Positions 1 to 11,695 of a stretch of 64,000 nucleotides of DNA are shown one piece after another. The DNA is taken from the NCBI GenBank assembly GCA_963777955.1, contig CAVZSQ010000019.1:96001-160000 (forward strand). The letters are read 5' to 3'. The position numbers and the translations under genes are program-made. Each line of letters begins with the position of its first letter. The first letter of the stretch is position 1. The notes under the pieces were generated by a model. That model did no database searches, was not told the origin of the DNA, and worked only from the letters and a program-made list of their open reading frames with translations. This DNA is from Calditrichia bacterium (GTDB lineage Bacteria > Calditrichota > Calditrichia > JAJRVZ01).

Positions 1-67
1 GTCTGACAAATAAGATGTCATATAAAAGAAATTGGCTGGAATGTCATACAAGTATATGGGTAACTAA

Positions 68-715
68 TTGAAGTTTAAATCGATTTTAGTACTGCTATTT
101 TTACCTGCATTATTGAGCGCCCAGGGGAAATATATAAAGAGCGAGAACAATGGAGTATGTTTAAGCGGGGGTTACGTTAAAGATGATTTCTCCGGTGCAT
201 TTAATTTAAAATTGGGATATTCATTTCATGGATTTACCGACATCGGTCTGGCTTATTCCAGAATATCTTTAGACGATGCCAGTAGTCTGGTTGGCAACTT
301 CTATGGTTTGAATTTAAATCTTCATTTGTTTAAGCAGCGCCCGGCATTACCTATTTCATTTTTAGTATCGACTTCCTATAGTCTGGGAGGATATTCAAGT
401 GAATTTTTAGAACATAATAACCCAGAAATTCAAGCCTCTGCTTTTAGTTTTGGTGGAACGATCTATGGTGTGTTGAGTCAGGGACATCAGATCGAAATAA
501 TGCCAGAATTAGGTCTTGGTTATACCATGGCATCTGCCCAGATCGTAAACAGTAATGCGTCCGTAGATAAGTCGGCTGCCAGTATGTATATGAGTATTTC
601 ATTGATTTTTTTTGAAAGTGACCGAAACCTTTTTGTGGTTACCCCTGGCATTACGGGTGCTGAAGGGAATATAGCATATTGGATTGAAGTAAATATAGTA
701 CGAATTCTAGATTGA
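68..715 (+). CDS. Secreted hypothetical protein, probable outer-membrane beta-barrel
   Basis: 215-aa ORF with TTG start, signal peptide ending LSA|Q, and alternating Gly/aromatic beta-strand pattern (LKLGYSF, LGLGYT). Confidence 0.5.
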   Translation: MKFKSILVLLFLPALLSAQGKYIKSENNGVCLSGGYVKDDFSGAFNLKLGYSFHGFTDIGLAYSRISLDDASSLVGNFYGLNLNLHLFKQRPALPISFLVSTSYSLGGYSSEFLEHNNPEIQASAFSFGGTIYGVLSQGHQIEIMPELGLGYTMASAQIVNSNASVDKSAASMYMSISLIFFESDRNLFVVTPGITGAEGNIAYWIEVNIVRILD

Positions 716-800
716 TGAAGATAATTAATTATTAATCCATATTACTTGTCTTCTGCTTCGTGTTAATTTCTGTTCATCACTTTAATACCCTGCAATTCAA

Positions 801-851
801 AATCAGCTGAACGCAGCATAAGTAAATTTACCTCTGCTGCGTCCAGCGATT
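801..851. terminator. Hairpin between convergent genes, probable terminator
   Basis: GCTGAACGCAGCA...TGCTGCGTCCAGC inverted repeat just beyond the stop codon at 860. Confidence 0.45.
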
Positions 852-859
852 CTTCTTCC

Positions 860-3800
860 CTACTTATTCAACAACATCTTGTGCACACCGTGAAAATCAC
901 CGGCAGTAATTCTGTAAAAATACGTGCCGCTGGCTAAATCCGCAGCATTGAACTGGTAAACATGCGCTCCGGCCTCCTGCTGTTCATTCACCAGCGTGCG
1001 AACTAACTGACCGAGTACATTATATACATCCAGTTTAACACGCGCGTTTTTAGGCAGATCATATTTTATAAAGGTAACCGGATTGAAGGGATTGGGATAA
1101 TTATTATAAATCTGAAATTTTTTCGGTACATAATCCTGGCTGAGCGGATTCTCTTCTATTCCCACCACCCCGGTTGAGTCGTATTCATCTGCACCTATGT
1201 CCGGATAAGTTGCATTCCTTAATTCACCGTCAATATCATAAAGCACCAGGGCCAGAGGAGTAGCGGAGCTGTCTACCAAGGCCGAAATTGCATGCAGGTC
1301 GGTTGCTGATTTATATCCTGGGTTTGTGGATATCGAATGCGCATCCATGCCACTGGCAGTTCTGAAATCTGCCAGGGTAGCCTGGTTGCTATTCCAGTAG
1401 CCTACGGTAGAACCATAAACAAAAAGATCATTATAATCACTGCTATTTATTGCCCCAGGCGAATAGGCATAATAGGAATATCCTGTACCTTTATTGACCA
1501 GCAGGTTGTTAACCACATTAATTCCGGAACCGGCATATATATATAGAGCAGACGCCTGGTTATAAGCTGCTGGTTACATTTACACTGTTGTAATACACAT
1601 CCTGGTTGGTATCGTTGTACAGGTACAAGCCCTGATTACTGCCCGTCCCCGTGGTGATGAAATTATTGGCGACCAGGCCGCGGGCCGTGCCGATTCCTGT
1701 GCCCCCCGTGCAACTGTACAGGTATATCCCGTAACTGGATCCGCTGACCCGGTTGGACGTTACCTCCAGAGCATCACTGCAACTCTGCAGATAAAATCCA
1801 TAGGACGGCGAGTTATTCACCACATTGTTCCTTACTTTCAAATCCTTCTCATACAGCAAATAAGCACCATAGGAATACTGGTTGTCAAACTGGTTACCCT
1901 CAATCAGCGTGCCGCTGTTTGGCTCACTGCCGCTCGCACCGCTCTGGCTTATTCCGTATGAACCGTAACTGAACAGGTTGCCCTGCAAACGACGCGATGA
2001 ACTGAGCGCGTTAGAAGCATAATACAATGTTGCATTGCCGCTGCTGCTGCTGGGACCGCTAAGTTTACAATCCACCAGGTAAAAATCCTGTACCCCGCCG
2101 GTCAGGTATAAACACGTACTGTAGGTGGCATTGTTGGCCGTATTCCCGGCAAAACCCAGTCATTTAAACGCACAAAATCCGCACCCTCTAAATATAAAAC
2201 ATAATTGTCCGAACTGCCCCCGGCCGTGTAATACAGCGTCACGTTATCGCGGTTGCCCGATTCCGAACGAAAAATAACCGGACGGTTGGCCGCGCTGCCC
2301 GGCACCGTGTATAATACCTCATGAACATTATATGTCCCGTTGCGGATCTCCAGTGATACCGAGTCCGAAATCCCCTTCAGCAACAGATCGTCAATGGCCT
2401 CACCAACCGTGGCATAATCCGGACTGCTGCCGCCCACCGTGTAGGTGCCGGCCAGCGGTGTGGTCGTCCCTACTGCCGGCGTGAATTCATCCGCACCGAT
2501 ATCCGGCGTGCTGGCATGCCGCGTCTCGCCGTCCAGATCCGTCGTTACCGAACCCACCGCATTACCTTTGCCGTTCAGCCAGGCACCTAATGTATGCAAA
2601 TCACTCTCAGACGTGAAATTCGGATATACCGATACCGAATGCGCTTCCATTCCGCTGGCCGTACGGTAGGACGCCAGATCATACTGGTTCACATTATTCC
2701 AGTTGCCCACATAATTCCCGTTGGAAAACAGATTGTTATAATCGCTGACGCTCAGCGCCGACGGTGAATAGATATACAGCGCATAGCCATAACCGCTGTG
2801 CATCAGATTATTGTTCCGCACATTATTGGTACCGCCGGCATAAAAATACATCGCCGAACTGCTGGTGGAGTTGGATTGAATGTGGATACTGTTGTAATAC
2901 ACATCCTGGTTGGTATCGTTGTACAGGTACAAACCCTGATTACTGCCCGTACCCGTGGTGATGAAATTATTGGCGACCAGGCCGCGGGCCGTGCCGATTC
3001 CCGTGCCACCCGTGCAACTGTACAGATATATTCCGTAATTGGATGCACTGACCCGGTTGGACGTTACCTCCAGAGCATCACTGCAACTCTGCAGGTATAA
3101 TCCATAGGACGGCGAGTTATTCACCACATTGTTCCTTACTTTCAAATCCTTCTCATACAGCAAATAAGCACCATAGGAATACTGGTTGTCAAACTGGTTG
3201 CCCTCAATCAGCGTGCCGCTGTTTGGCTCACTGCCGCTCGCACCGCTCTGGCTTATTCCGTATGAACCGTAACTGAACAGGTTGCCCTGCAAACGACGCG
3301 ATGAACTGAGCGCGTTAGAAGCATAATACAATGTTGCATTGCCGCTGCTGCTGCTGGGACCGCTAAGTTTACAATCCACCAGGTAAAAATCCTGTACCCC
3401 GCCGGTCAGGTATAAACACGTACTGTAGGTGGCATTGTTGGCCGTATTCCCGGCAAAACCCAGGTCATTTAAACGCACAAAATCCGCACCCTCTAAATAT
3501 AAAACATAATTGTCCGAACTGCCCCCGGCCGTGTAATACAGCGTCACGTTATCGCGGTTGCCCGATTCCGAACGAAAAATAACCGGACGGTTGGCCGCGC
3601 TGCCCGGCACCGTGTATAATACCTCATGAACATTATATGTCCCGTTGCGGATCTCCAGTGATACCGAGTCCGAAACCCCCTTCAACAACAGATCGTCAAT
3701 GGCCTCACCAACCGTGGCATAATCCGGACTGCTGCCGCCCACCGTGTAGGTGCCGGCCAGCGGTGTGGTCGTCCCTACTGCCGGCGTGAATTCATCCGCA

Positions 3801-6427
3801 CCGATATCCGGCGTGCTGGCATGCCGCGTCTCGCCGTCCAGATCCGTCGTTACCGAACCCAGCGCATTACCTTTGCCGTTCAGCCAGGCACCTAATGTAT
3901 GCAAATCACTCTCAGACGTGAAATTCGGATATACCGATACAGAATTCGCTTCCATTCCGCTGGCCGTACGGTAGGACGCCAGATCATACTGGTTCACATT
4001 ATTCCAGTTGCCCACATAATTCCCGTTGGAAAACAGATTGTTATAATCGCTGACGCTCAGCGCCGACGGTGAATAGATATACAGCGCATAGCCATAACCG
4101 CTGTGCAGCAGATTATTGTTCCGCACATTATTGGTACCGCCGGCATAAAAATACATCGCCGAACTGCTGGTGGAGTTGGATTGAATGTGGATACTGTTGT
4201 AATACACATCCTGGTTGGTATCGTTGTACAGGTACAACCCCTGATTACTGCCCGTACCCGTGGTGATGAAATTATTGGCGACCAGGCCGCGGGCCGTGCC
4301 GATTCCTGTGCCCCCCGTGCAACTGTACAGATATATTCCGTAATTGGATCCACTGACCCGGTTGGCCGTTACCTCCAGAGCATCACTGCAACTCTGCAGA
4401 TAAAATCCATAGGACGGCGAGTTATTCACCACATTGTTCCTTACTTTCAAATCCTTCTCATACAGCAAATAAGCACCATAGGAATACTGGTTGTCAAACT
4501 GGTTACCCTCAATCAGCGTGCCGCTGTTTGGCTCACTGCCGCTCGCACCGCTCTGGCTTATTCCGTATGAACCGTAACTGAACAGGTTGCCCTGCAAACG
4601 ACGCGATGAACTGAGCGCGTTAGAAGCATAATACAATGTTGCATTGCCGCTGCTGCTGCTGGGACCGCTAAGTTTACAATCCACCAGGTAAAAATCCTGT
4701 ACCCCGCCGGTCAGGTATAAACACGTACTGTAGGTGGCATTGTTGGCCGTATTCCCGGCAAAACCCAGGTCCTTTAAACGCACAAAATCCGCACCCTCTA
4801 AATATAAAACATAATTGTCCGAACTGCCCCCGGCCGTGTAATACAGCGTCACGTTATCGCGGTTGCCCGATTCCGAACGAAAAATAACCGGACGGTTGGC
4901 CGCGCTGCCCGGCACCGTGTATAATACCTCATGAACATTATATGTCCCGTTGCGGATCTCCAGTGATACCGAGTCCGAAACCCCCTTCAACAACAGATCG
5001 TCAATGGCCTCACCAACCGTGGCATAATCCGGACTGCTGCCGCCCACCGTGTAGGTGCCGGCCAGCGGTGTGGTCGTCCCTACTGCCGGCGTGAATTCAT
5101 CCGCACCGATATCCGGCGTGCTGGCATGCCGCGTCTCGCCGTCCAGATCCGTCGTTACCGAACCCAGCGCATTACCTTTGCCGTTCAGCCAGGCACCTAA
5201 TGTATGCAAATCACTCTCAGACGTGAAATTCGGATACACCGATACAGAATTCGCTTCCATTCCGCTGGCCGTACGGTAGGACGCCAGATCATACTGGTTC
5301 ACATTATTCCAGTTGCCCACATAATTCCCGTTGGAAAACAGATTGTTATAATCGCTGACGCTCAGCGCCGACGGTGAATAGATATACAGCGCATAGCCAT
5401 AACCGCTGTGCAGCAGATTATTGTTCCGCACATTATTGGTACCGCCGGCATAAAAATACATCGCCGAACTGCTGGTGGAGTTGGATTGAATGTGGATACT
5501 GTTGTAATACACATCCTGGTTGGTATCGTTGTACAGGTACAAGCCCTGATTACTGCCCGTACCCGTGGTGATGAAATTGTTGGCGATCAGGCCGCGGGCC
5601 GTGCCGATCCCCGTGCCCCCCGTGCAACTGTACAGGTATATTCCGTAACTGGATGCGCTGACCCGGTTGGACGTAATTTTCAATTCGTCATTACAATAAT
5701 AGAGATACATACCATAGCCGGGGGAGCCTGTTATTACATTTTGATTAATTACAGGCGAATCCTGGTAACTGAGGTAGATACTGTACGTACCTTGATTATT
5801 AAATGTACAATTTTGAACCTGGTTTGCATTGCTGAGACTGGTGGTATTGAGCCCCCCCAGATAAATTCCATAGTAACCGCTGTTCAGGGTAGAGTTCTGG
5901 ACTACAATATTATTTACTACGGTATTATATGAATAGACCAGGCTATGATTCGCACCGTTGGTTCCGCCGCCGTTCAAAACCGAATTGGTTATATTGATGT
6001 GCTGGCTGGAATTGGCCAGGTCAAAAACTATGCCGTAGGAAGTACCCAGAGCTGCCAGAGTGAGATTATTAAAATTAATATACGAAGCCCCATTTAACCG
6101 GACGACATAATTTGCCGGTGAAGTACTGGCCGAATAGGACAAGGTTACATTTGCCGCATTACCGGATTGAGCCTGGAAGGTAATGTTATTTGCTGCGCCG
6201 GCACCGCTGATCGCCGGAATTTCGATCTGTTCATTATAACTGCCTGTGATTACATTGAATGTAACTGCGCCGCTTACTCCTTGCGAGGACAAAGCACTGA
6301 CCGCGGCGGTGAAAGACGCATAACTCCCGCCGGAACCAATAGTATAGGCTCCGGATAACTGGGCCAGGGAACTACCAGACTGAAACATGATAAATACGGA
6401 AAGAAGTAACAGAAATAATCGATACAT
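860..6427 (-). CDS. Large secreted parallel beta-helix repeat protein (~1855 aa) with C-terminal T9SS/FlgD-like sorting domain
   Basis: Joins ORFs 2102..6427, 1560..2075 and 860..1516. Relative to the other repeat copies one G is missing at ~2159 (aaaacccagtc vs aaaacccaggtc), and an apparent extra base lies at ~1561. Signal peptide SLA|Q, Asn/Tyr-rich beta-helix repeats, DxDGExR..PDIGADE motifs, C-terminal NNYPNPFNPVT..KMLLNK. Confidence 0.85.
1584..5674. repeat. Intragenic tandem repeat, 1305-bp (435-aa) unit, ~3.1 near-identical copies
   Basis: Landmark acccggttgg recurs at 5661, 4356, 3051 and 1747; matching shadow ORFs at 2445/3750/5055. Confidence 0.97.
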
Positions 6428-6826
6428 TTTTTCCCCCTTTTAATACAATTGTTGAATTTTGTAAATTGTTGTTAATATTTGTGCAAACGAATTAGCCAAA
6501 AAAATATTCCCATCAACTTGACATTTGCCAGGTAAAGATTAATAATCAGAAAGAAAATCATCCGTGTGCAGTTAATCAGTTCACTGTTTTACAAGAATTG
6601 GATCATTGAAAATGAATTAATTAAAATACTTGCAAACAGAGTAATTAATTAGCAGATTAATAAAGTAGTATAAGTCCTTCCTTATTGCTTAAATAGAGTT
6701 ACAATCTTTCGATTTTGAAGTGCCGAACGAATATGCAGGAAAGTAAAAATCACTATCCTCGTCAGAAAGAAATTCAGTTCAATCAGGAAATGAAATAAAA
6801 TACAGATAATATTAAAATTCAGGAGG

Positions 6827-7547
6827 ATGTTTATGAAAAGGATTTATCTAATCGCTGTTCTTAGTATCCTGCTTATTTTCTTCTCATGCCAGGATAAAAA
6901 AGACCAGACCGCGCAAACCAAACCTGCTGAAGAAACCATCACTGCCAATATTCAGGTAAATGCCGTTTGCGTCTGGGATAAAGGTTCCCTGCGTGAAACA
7001 CCGGGTAGTGACGGCAAATGGCTGGGCTCGATGTCCTTAGCCGAAAAATTAATCTATACTGGTAACAGTAAAATTGACTCTTCGGGTAAACGACCCGTCA
7101 CTTTTTATCAGGTGAAATTGTCTGATGGAAAACCCGGCTGGGCTTCGGAATACACCGTTGAAATTAACGCCAGTCCGGCAATCGTAACGGAACGAACATA
7201 CCTGTACAAACGTCCTGATTTTTTGACCAAGTCCGACCTGGAGTTAGTACCGCTGGATTTTGTGGCCGCCAAGGCAGGAGAAAGACAACTGGGTGGAAGT
7301 TGTAGGAGCTGAAAAGAAAAAGAGCGGCTGGGTAAGCAAAAATTCACTATTGTTCTCTGAATTAAATATTGCCGTAGGGGTCCTGGGCCAGAAAGCCCTG
7401 AGCCAGCCCGACAGCAGTAAACGTATGGCTGAAATTAAGGCAATTATTGATAATCCGGCCTTTGGCAGTTCCATCTTTATAAATTATTTGAAAAATGAAT
7501 TGCCGGCCTACCAGGATAGTTCCCTGTATGATTCCGCAGGAGATTAA
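6827..7547 (+). CDS. Lipoprotein with SH3b-like domains (frameshift ~7270)
   Basis: Lipobox FFSC; two SH3-like segments (YQVKLSDGKPGWAS; WVEVVGAEKKKSGWV) split between ORFs 6827..7312 and 7260..7547. Confidence 0.6.
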
Positions 7548-7560
7548 ACAGAATACGGTT

Positions 7561-8307
7561 ATGAAGAAAATTCAAAATGAGAATAAGAAAATTCCCGGAC
7601 AGGAATCAAAATATACTGTTCTGATCACAGGTGCCAATCGTGGTCTCGGATTGGCCATGACCGCGGCCCTTCTTTTACAAGGACATCGGGTGGTGGCTAT
7701 CATCAGACACAACAATGACACGCTGCAGAATTTACTGGATAAACACAGCGACGCTTTATCTGTTTTCAATGCTGATGTGACCGATGAGGCAGCGGTTAAA
7801 AATGCAATAGCCGCAATATCAGATCGGATTAAGCACATCGATATTCTTATTAACAATGCCGCGGTCCATCTTGATCCGGAGCGACTGCTACTTGAACAGG
7901 TAGATTTCTCGGTATATTCCCGAACTTTTCTGGTAAATGCGATCTCTCCTCTCATAGTCATCAAATATGCCCTGCCGCTGGTTCGCCGGGGACAGAAAAA
8001 ATTGATTGTAAATGTTTCTTCTGAAGCAGGTTCCATTAGCCAGGCCTGGCGCAAAAGCGAATACGCTTATTGCATGTCCAAGAGCGCACTCAATATGGCC
8101 AGCCAGATCCTGCAAAATGATCTGCAGCGGGAGGGTATTAAAGTACTAGCGCTACACCCAGGCTGGTTCAGTTCGGATATGGGCGGGAAGGAAGCACCTA
8201 TTACTCCGGCCGCAGCTGCGGAACAGGTAGTATCCCTGTTATTGAAATCATTTGATCTTAAAGGCCCCATCTATTACGGACCTGCCGGCGAGGTACTGCC
8301 CTGGTGA
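7561..8307 (+). CDS. Short-chain dehydrogenase/reductase (C-factor/CsgA-like)
   Basis: TGANRGLG Rossmann motif, NNAA, YCMSK catalytic motif, HPGW. Confidence 0.9.
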   Translation: MKKIQNENKKIPGQESKYTVLITGANRGLGLAMTAALLLQGHRVVAIIRHNNDTLQNLLDKHSDALSVFNADVTDEAAVKNAIAAISDRIKHIDILINNAAVHLDPERLLLEQVDFSVYSRTFLVNAISPLIVIKYALPLVRRGQKKLIVNVSSEAGSISQAWRKSEYAYCMSKSALNMASQILQNDLQREGIKVLALHPGWFSSDMGGKEAPITPAAAAEQVVSLLLKSFDLKGPIYYGPAGEVLPW

Positions 8308-8416
8308 AATAATTTTGCCAGTGTCGGTGAGGAGTCTATAACTTTATGGATAAAATATGCACTACCACATGTTAAAGAATTCTGTACGATATCAGGCGAT
8401 ATATATAACCGCAAAA

Positions 8417-9042
8417 GTGAAATATATTCTGAAAACCGCCCTTTACATTTTTTCGATATCCATTTTACTCACATCATGTGCTCACAATTTTTACAATTTT
8501 GGCATATACGAATCGAATTTCGGCGACAGTTATCTTTCTGATGGTTTAACCTTTGCATATAAATACCACATTTTAAATGAAACATCCAATCCGAGTTATG
8601 CCACTAAAGAAGCGAGCAGTCCGATTAAATTACTGGCCGTGAAGATAACCAACCGGACTGCCCGGACGATCCGGATTAGTGACGATATTATATTTCTTAA
8701 AAATAATCAGATAATTCAACCCAGCACATCGGATTTATTTTTAAAGAATGTGGAACAAAATTCACCGATCTATATTTTATACCTGGCCCTGACTCCCCTT
8801 AAATTAACTCATGCTACCCATACTTCCATTCAGTCTTATCCGATCGGTTTAATTCTTGGACCCGCACTCGCCTTTGGCAATATATTTACCGCGTCCAATG
8901 CGAATTCAAAATTACTAAATACTATAAATCAATACGATGTACTTTCCAGATGGATATTCAGAGTGGTGAAACCATCGCCGGCCTGTTATGTATTCCATCT
9001 TACGACTATGGTCCTGTTACTATACAGCTGAGGGAAGATTGA
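8417..9042 (+). CDS. Hypothetical lipoprotein (frameshift ~8950)
   Basis: GTG start and LTSC lipobox; a shifted frame continues MDIQSGETIAGLLCIP..LRED to a stop at 9042. Confidence 0.5.
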
Positions 9043-9509
9043 TTTTTCGATGTAGCCAGATAAAATTCAATCTTCAGCCAGATTTCAGGCAGCAAACTGT
9101 CCTTTAGAAATATTAGCCATGTGTTAAAGTATTATCGCAGGTAATTATAGAGACGTCCTTTAAGAAATCACCCGACAGTCCGGAAAATGAAAGACTGACC
9201 CTGGAACAATATTATCAGAACATTTCGCTGGACGAAGTTGAATATCTTCACTTTGTTCCAGGTTTAAATCCGCCCACGGTTTATTTCAGGATAATCTTCG
9301 AAGGCGGCGAAGCAAAATTCGAACGTGACATCGACGACTGGAACTTCATCGAATCAAAACTAACCTGGATTGAATAGACAGCCTGTCCCGACCTGCCTGA
9401 AATATCTTTTCATTTTACTTGCTTGCAAATCCGATATTGCATAGGATATAATTATTATAATTTTTTGACCATTTTTGGATAGGTCGAATTAGCAAAAAGG
9501 ATATTTAGA

Positions 9510-10475
9510 ATGTATACACTGATCATAAGTATTTTTATTGTCCTGATCACCTCCTTCTTCTGTTCTATGACCGAAGCAATATTGTTAAGTTTAAATCCCC
9601 TGACGATCAATAAACTTAAAAAGAGGCAACCTCATGCTGCCGAAGCCTGGACGCGCATGAAAAGCAATATCGGCCGGCCGATCGCCGCCATTTTAATACT
9701 GAATACAATTGCCAATACCGGCGGGGCCTCGGTTGCCGGCGGTGCTTTCACCGAAATTTTCGGTAAAAATTCGCTATGGATTTTTTCCCTTTCGATCACC
9801 CTGACTATTTTACTGGGTACTGAAATTCTGCCGAAAATTATCGGCGTCACTTTCCGCGACAGGCTGGCCCCCCTGGTGGCTAAACCCCTGGAAACGATCA
9901 CCGGGATCTTGCGACCGATAATTTATATAATAGAAACCATGTTTCGGCGGCTCAGCCGCGATCGCGAAAGCGAACAAATAACCACTGCCGATATCATTAC
10001 CCTGGCTTCGATGGCCCGGCTGGGCAGGGTGATCGGTCTGGAACAGGAAAACATCATCATCAATGCCATACGTTTAAATCATACCACGGTCGACCGGGTG
10101 ATGATCCCCGCGGACAAGGTCAATTTTCTCCACCGCCACGATAATATTGACACTATCCTGGACCAGGCCATGAAAACCAGCCGCACCCGCTATCCTATAA
10201 CCTCAACCGATAAAAATTCAGATATCGATCACTTCATCAATATCAAAGGTTTATTACCGCTGATCAAGGGAGATTTAGCCAAACCGGAACTACTGCACCG
10301 GCCCCTGCTGAATGTCTTTGCCAATGATACCTTGTTAAGCGCCTTGCGAACCATGCTGGCCAACCGCCAGCACATGCTGGCCGTGGTTGGGAAAAACCGT
10401 AAATCTGTAGGAATCATAACCCTGGAGGATATCACCGCCGAATTGTTGGGTGCGGATATTGAAGAATTTAAATAG
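9510..10475 (+). CDS. CNNM/DUF21 + CBS domain protein (HlyC/CorC family)
   Basis: FFCSMTEAILLS, ILILNTIAN and GTEILPK motifs; C-terminal CBS pair ending GIITLEDI. Confidence 0.9.
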   Translation: MYTLIISIFIVLITSFFCSMTEAILLSLNPLTINKLKKRQPHAAEAWTRMKSNIGRPIAAILILNTIANTGGASVAGGAFTEIFGKNSLWIFSLSITLTILLGTEILPKIIGVTFRDRLAPLVAKPLETITGILRPIIYIIETMFRRLSRDRESEQITTADIITLASMARLGRVIGLEQENIIINAIRLNHTTVDRVMIPADKVNFLHRHDNIDTILDQAMKTSRTRYPITSTDKNSDIDHFINIKGLLPLIKGDLAKPELLHRPLLNVFANDTLLSALRTMLANRQHMLAVVGKNRKSVGIITLEDITAELLGADIEEFK

Positions 10476-10479
10476 AATT

Positions 10480-11695
10480 CTAAAACGATGCTGTTATGAT
10501 GGCCCGGGCGGCGAAATCATCCGGATCAGGATCCAAATTCTTAATCTGTTGATCCATATAACTTAACTTAAACAGGATATTCCTGCTGATTTTGTAACCA
10601 ATTGCCACACTGTAGCGCGTGACATTGTGATCCCATGGATTCATAAGTACTACCGGGCTGGCGGGCGGATGGCCGAATTTTTCGAAATTTAAAATATCAT
10701 AACTGACCGCCAGATAACTGCCGGTAATAAAAGGTGGCTCATATTTAAGATCAAGATAAGCACCATAGTTTTTCAATTCAAATTCGGCCAGATTTCCGGA
10801 TGATTCCAGCACATACTGCAGCTGAGTATAGGCAGGTACATTCCAGATGGAATAAGCAATTTCGCCGGATAATTCGAAATACGAATAGCCAATGACCAGG
10901 TCGGTACCAAATATCTTTTGATTAAACCTCTCCAGATTACTCCAACCTTGATTGTAAAGACTTTTCTGCATGAAACTACCGTATCCTGCTGAAATGCCCT
11001 GCTGCCAGAAGATCAGCGGTTGAAAACTGAACCTGCCGACCAGTCCAAAATTAGCCAGATTGGTATATTCGGCAGGCGAAGCCAAAGCCCCGTTGGTCAT
11101 TGCTATATCCAGGTTCATGATGTCCGGAATCAGGGACAGGCTGATCATACCGCCTGTACTATATCCTCCTAAATAAACCGTTGTTATACCCACATCGTCC
11201 GTACCATAGACACCCGTATTCCCTGCCAGGGGCCACAGACCGTGGGTTTCGGAAATGTTGATAAAATATCCGTACAGCAGAGGTGCCTGGCCAAAAAGAT
11301 TATCTGCAGCCAGTTGCCGGCGCGGATAAAGCCCGAACGGCATCATAAACCTGCCAATACTGAACGAGAAAGGTGAATTTGCAGCGGACCAATTAAGGAA
11401 GGCCAGGCTCAACCGCGTTTTGCCCAGCAGGCCGCTACCCCAGGTGTCCCATTGCAGACGGGCATTAAAGGAAAATTGCTGATCAATCTGTGCGAAAGCG
11501 AATATATTAAACTGAGCAATGGCCAAGTGCGCATTGCGAAAATCAGCAGCTAATTCATTGCCGACAAAACGTGAATCACGGCCTCCCTGAGCCACTTCGA
11601 AATCAACACTTCCGTTCCAGAGCAGTCTGAGCTTGCGTTACACCGGAAATTACCAGCATCATCATTACGGCCGAAATTATTATTTTAATTTTCAC
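10480..11695 (-). CDS. Outer-membrane beta-barrel (porin-like) protein (frameshift ~11620)
   Basis: Upstream GTG frame gives signal peptide MKIKIIISAVMMMLVISGVTQA|Q overlapping the cyclase stop; IGRFMMPFG motif, amphipathic strands, C-terminal Phe. Confidence 0.75.

Noticed and set aside
1584..5674. Diversity-generating retroelement TR/VR pair
   Set aside because: Differences are mostly synonymous and not adenine-specific, all copies are in-frame parts of one CDS, and no reverse transcriptase is present in the window.
2445..5932. Repeated short ORFs on both strands within the repeat array
   Set aside because: Shadow frames of the large minus-strand gene, repeated only because the DNA is repeated.
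6482..6498. sigma54-like promoter TGGCTAATTCGTTTGCA upstream of the large repeat gene
   Set aside because: GG-to-GC spacing is 11 nt rather than the required 10.
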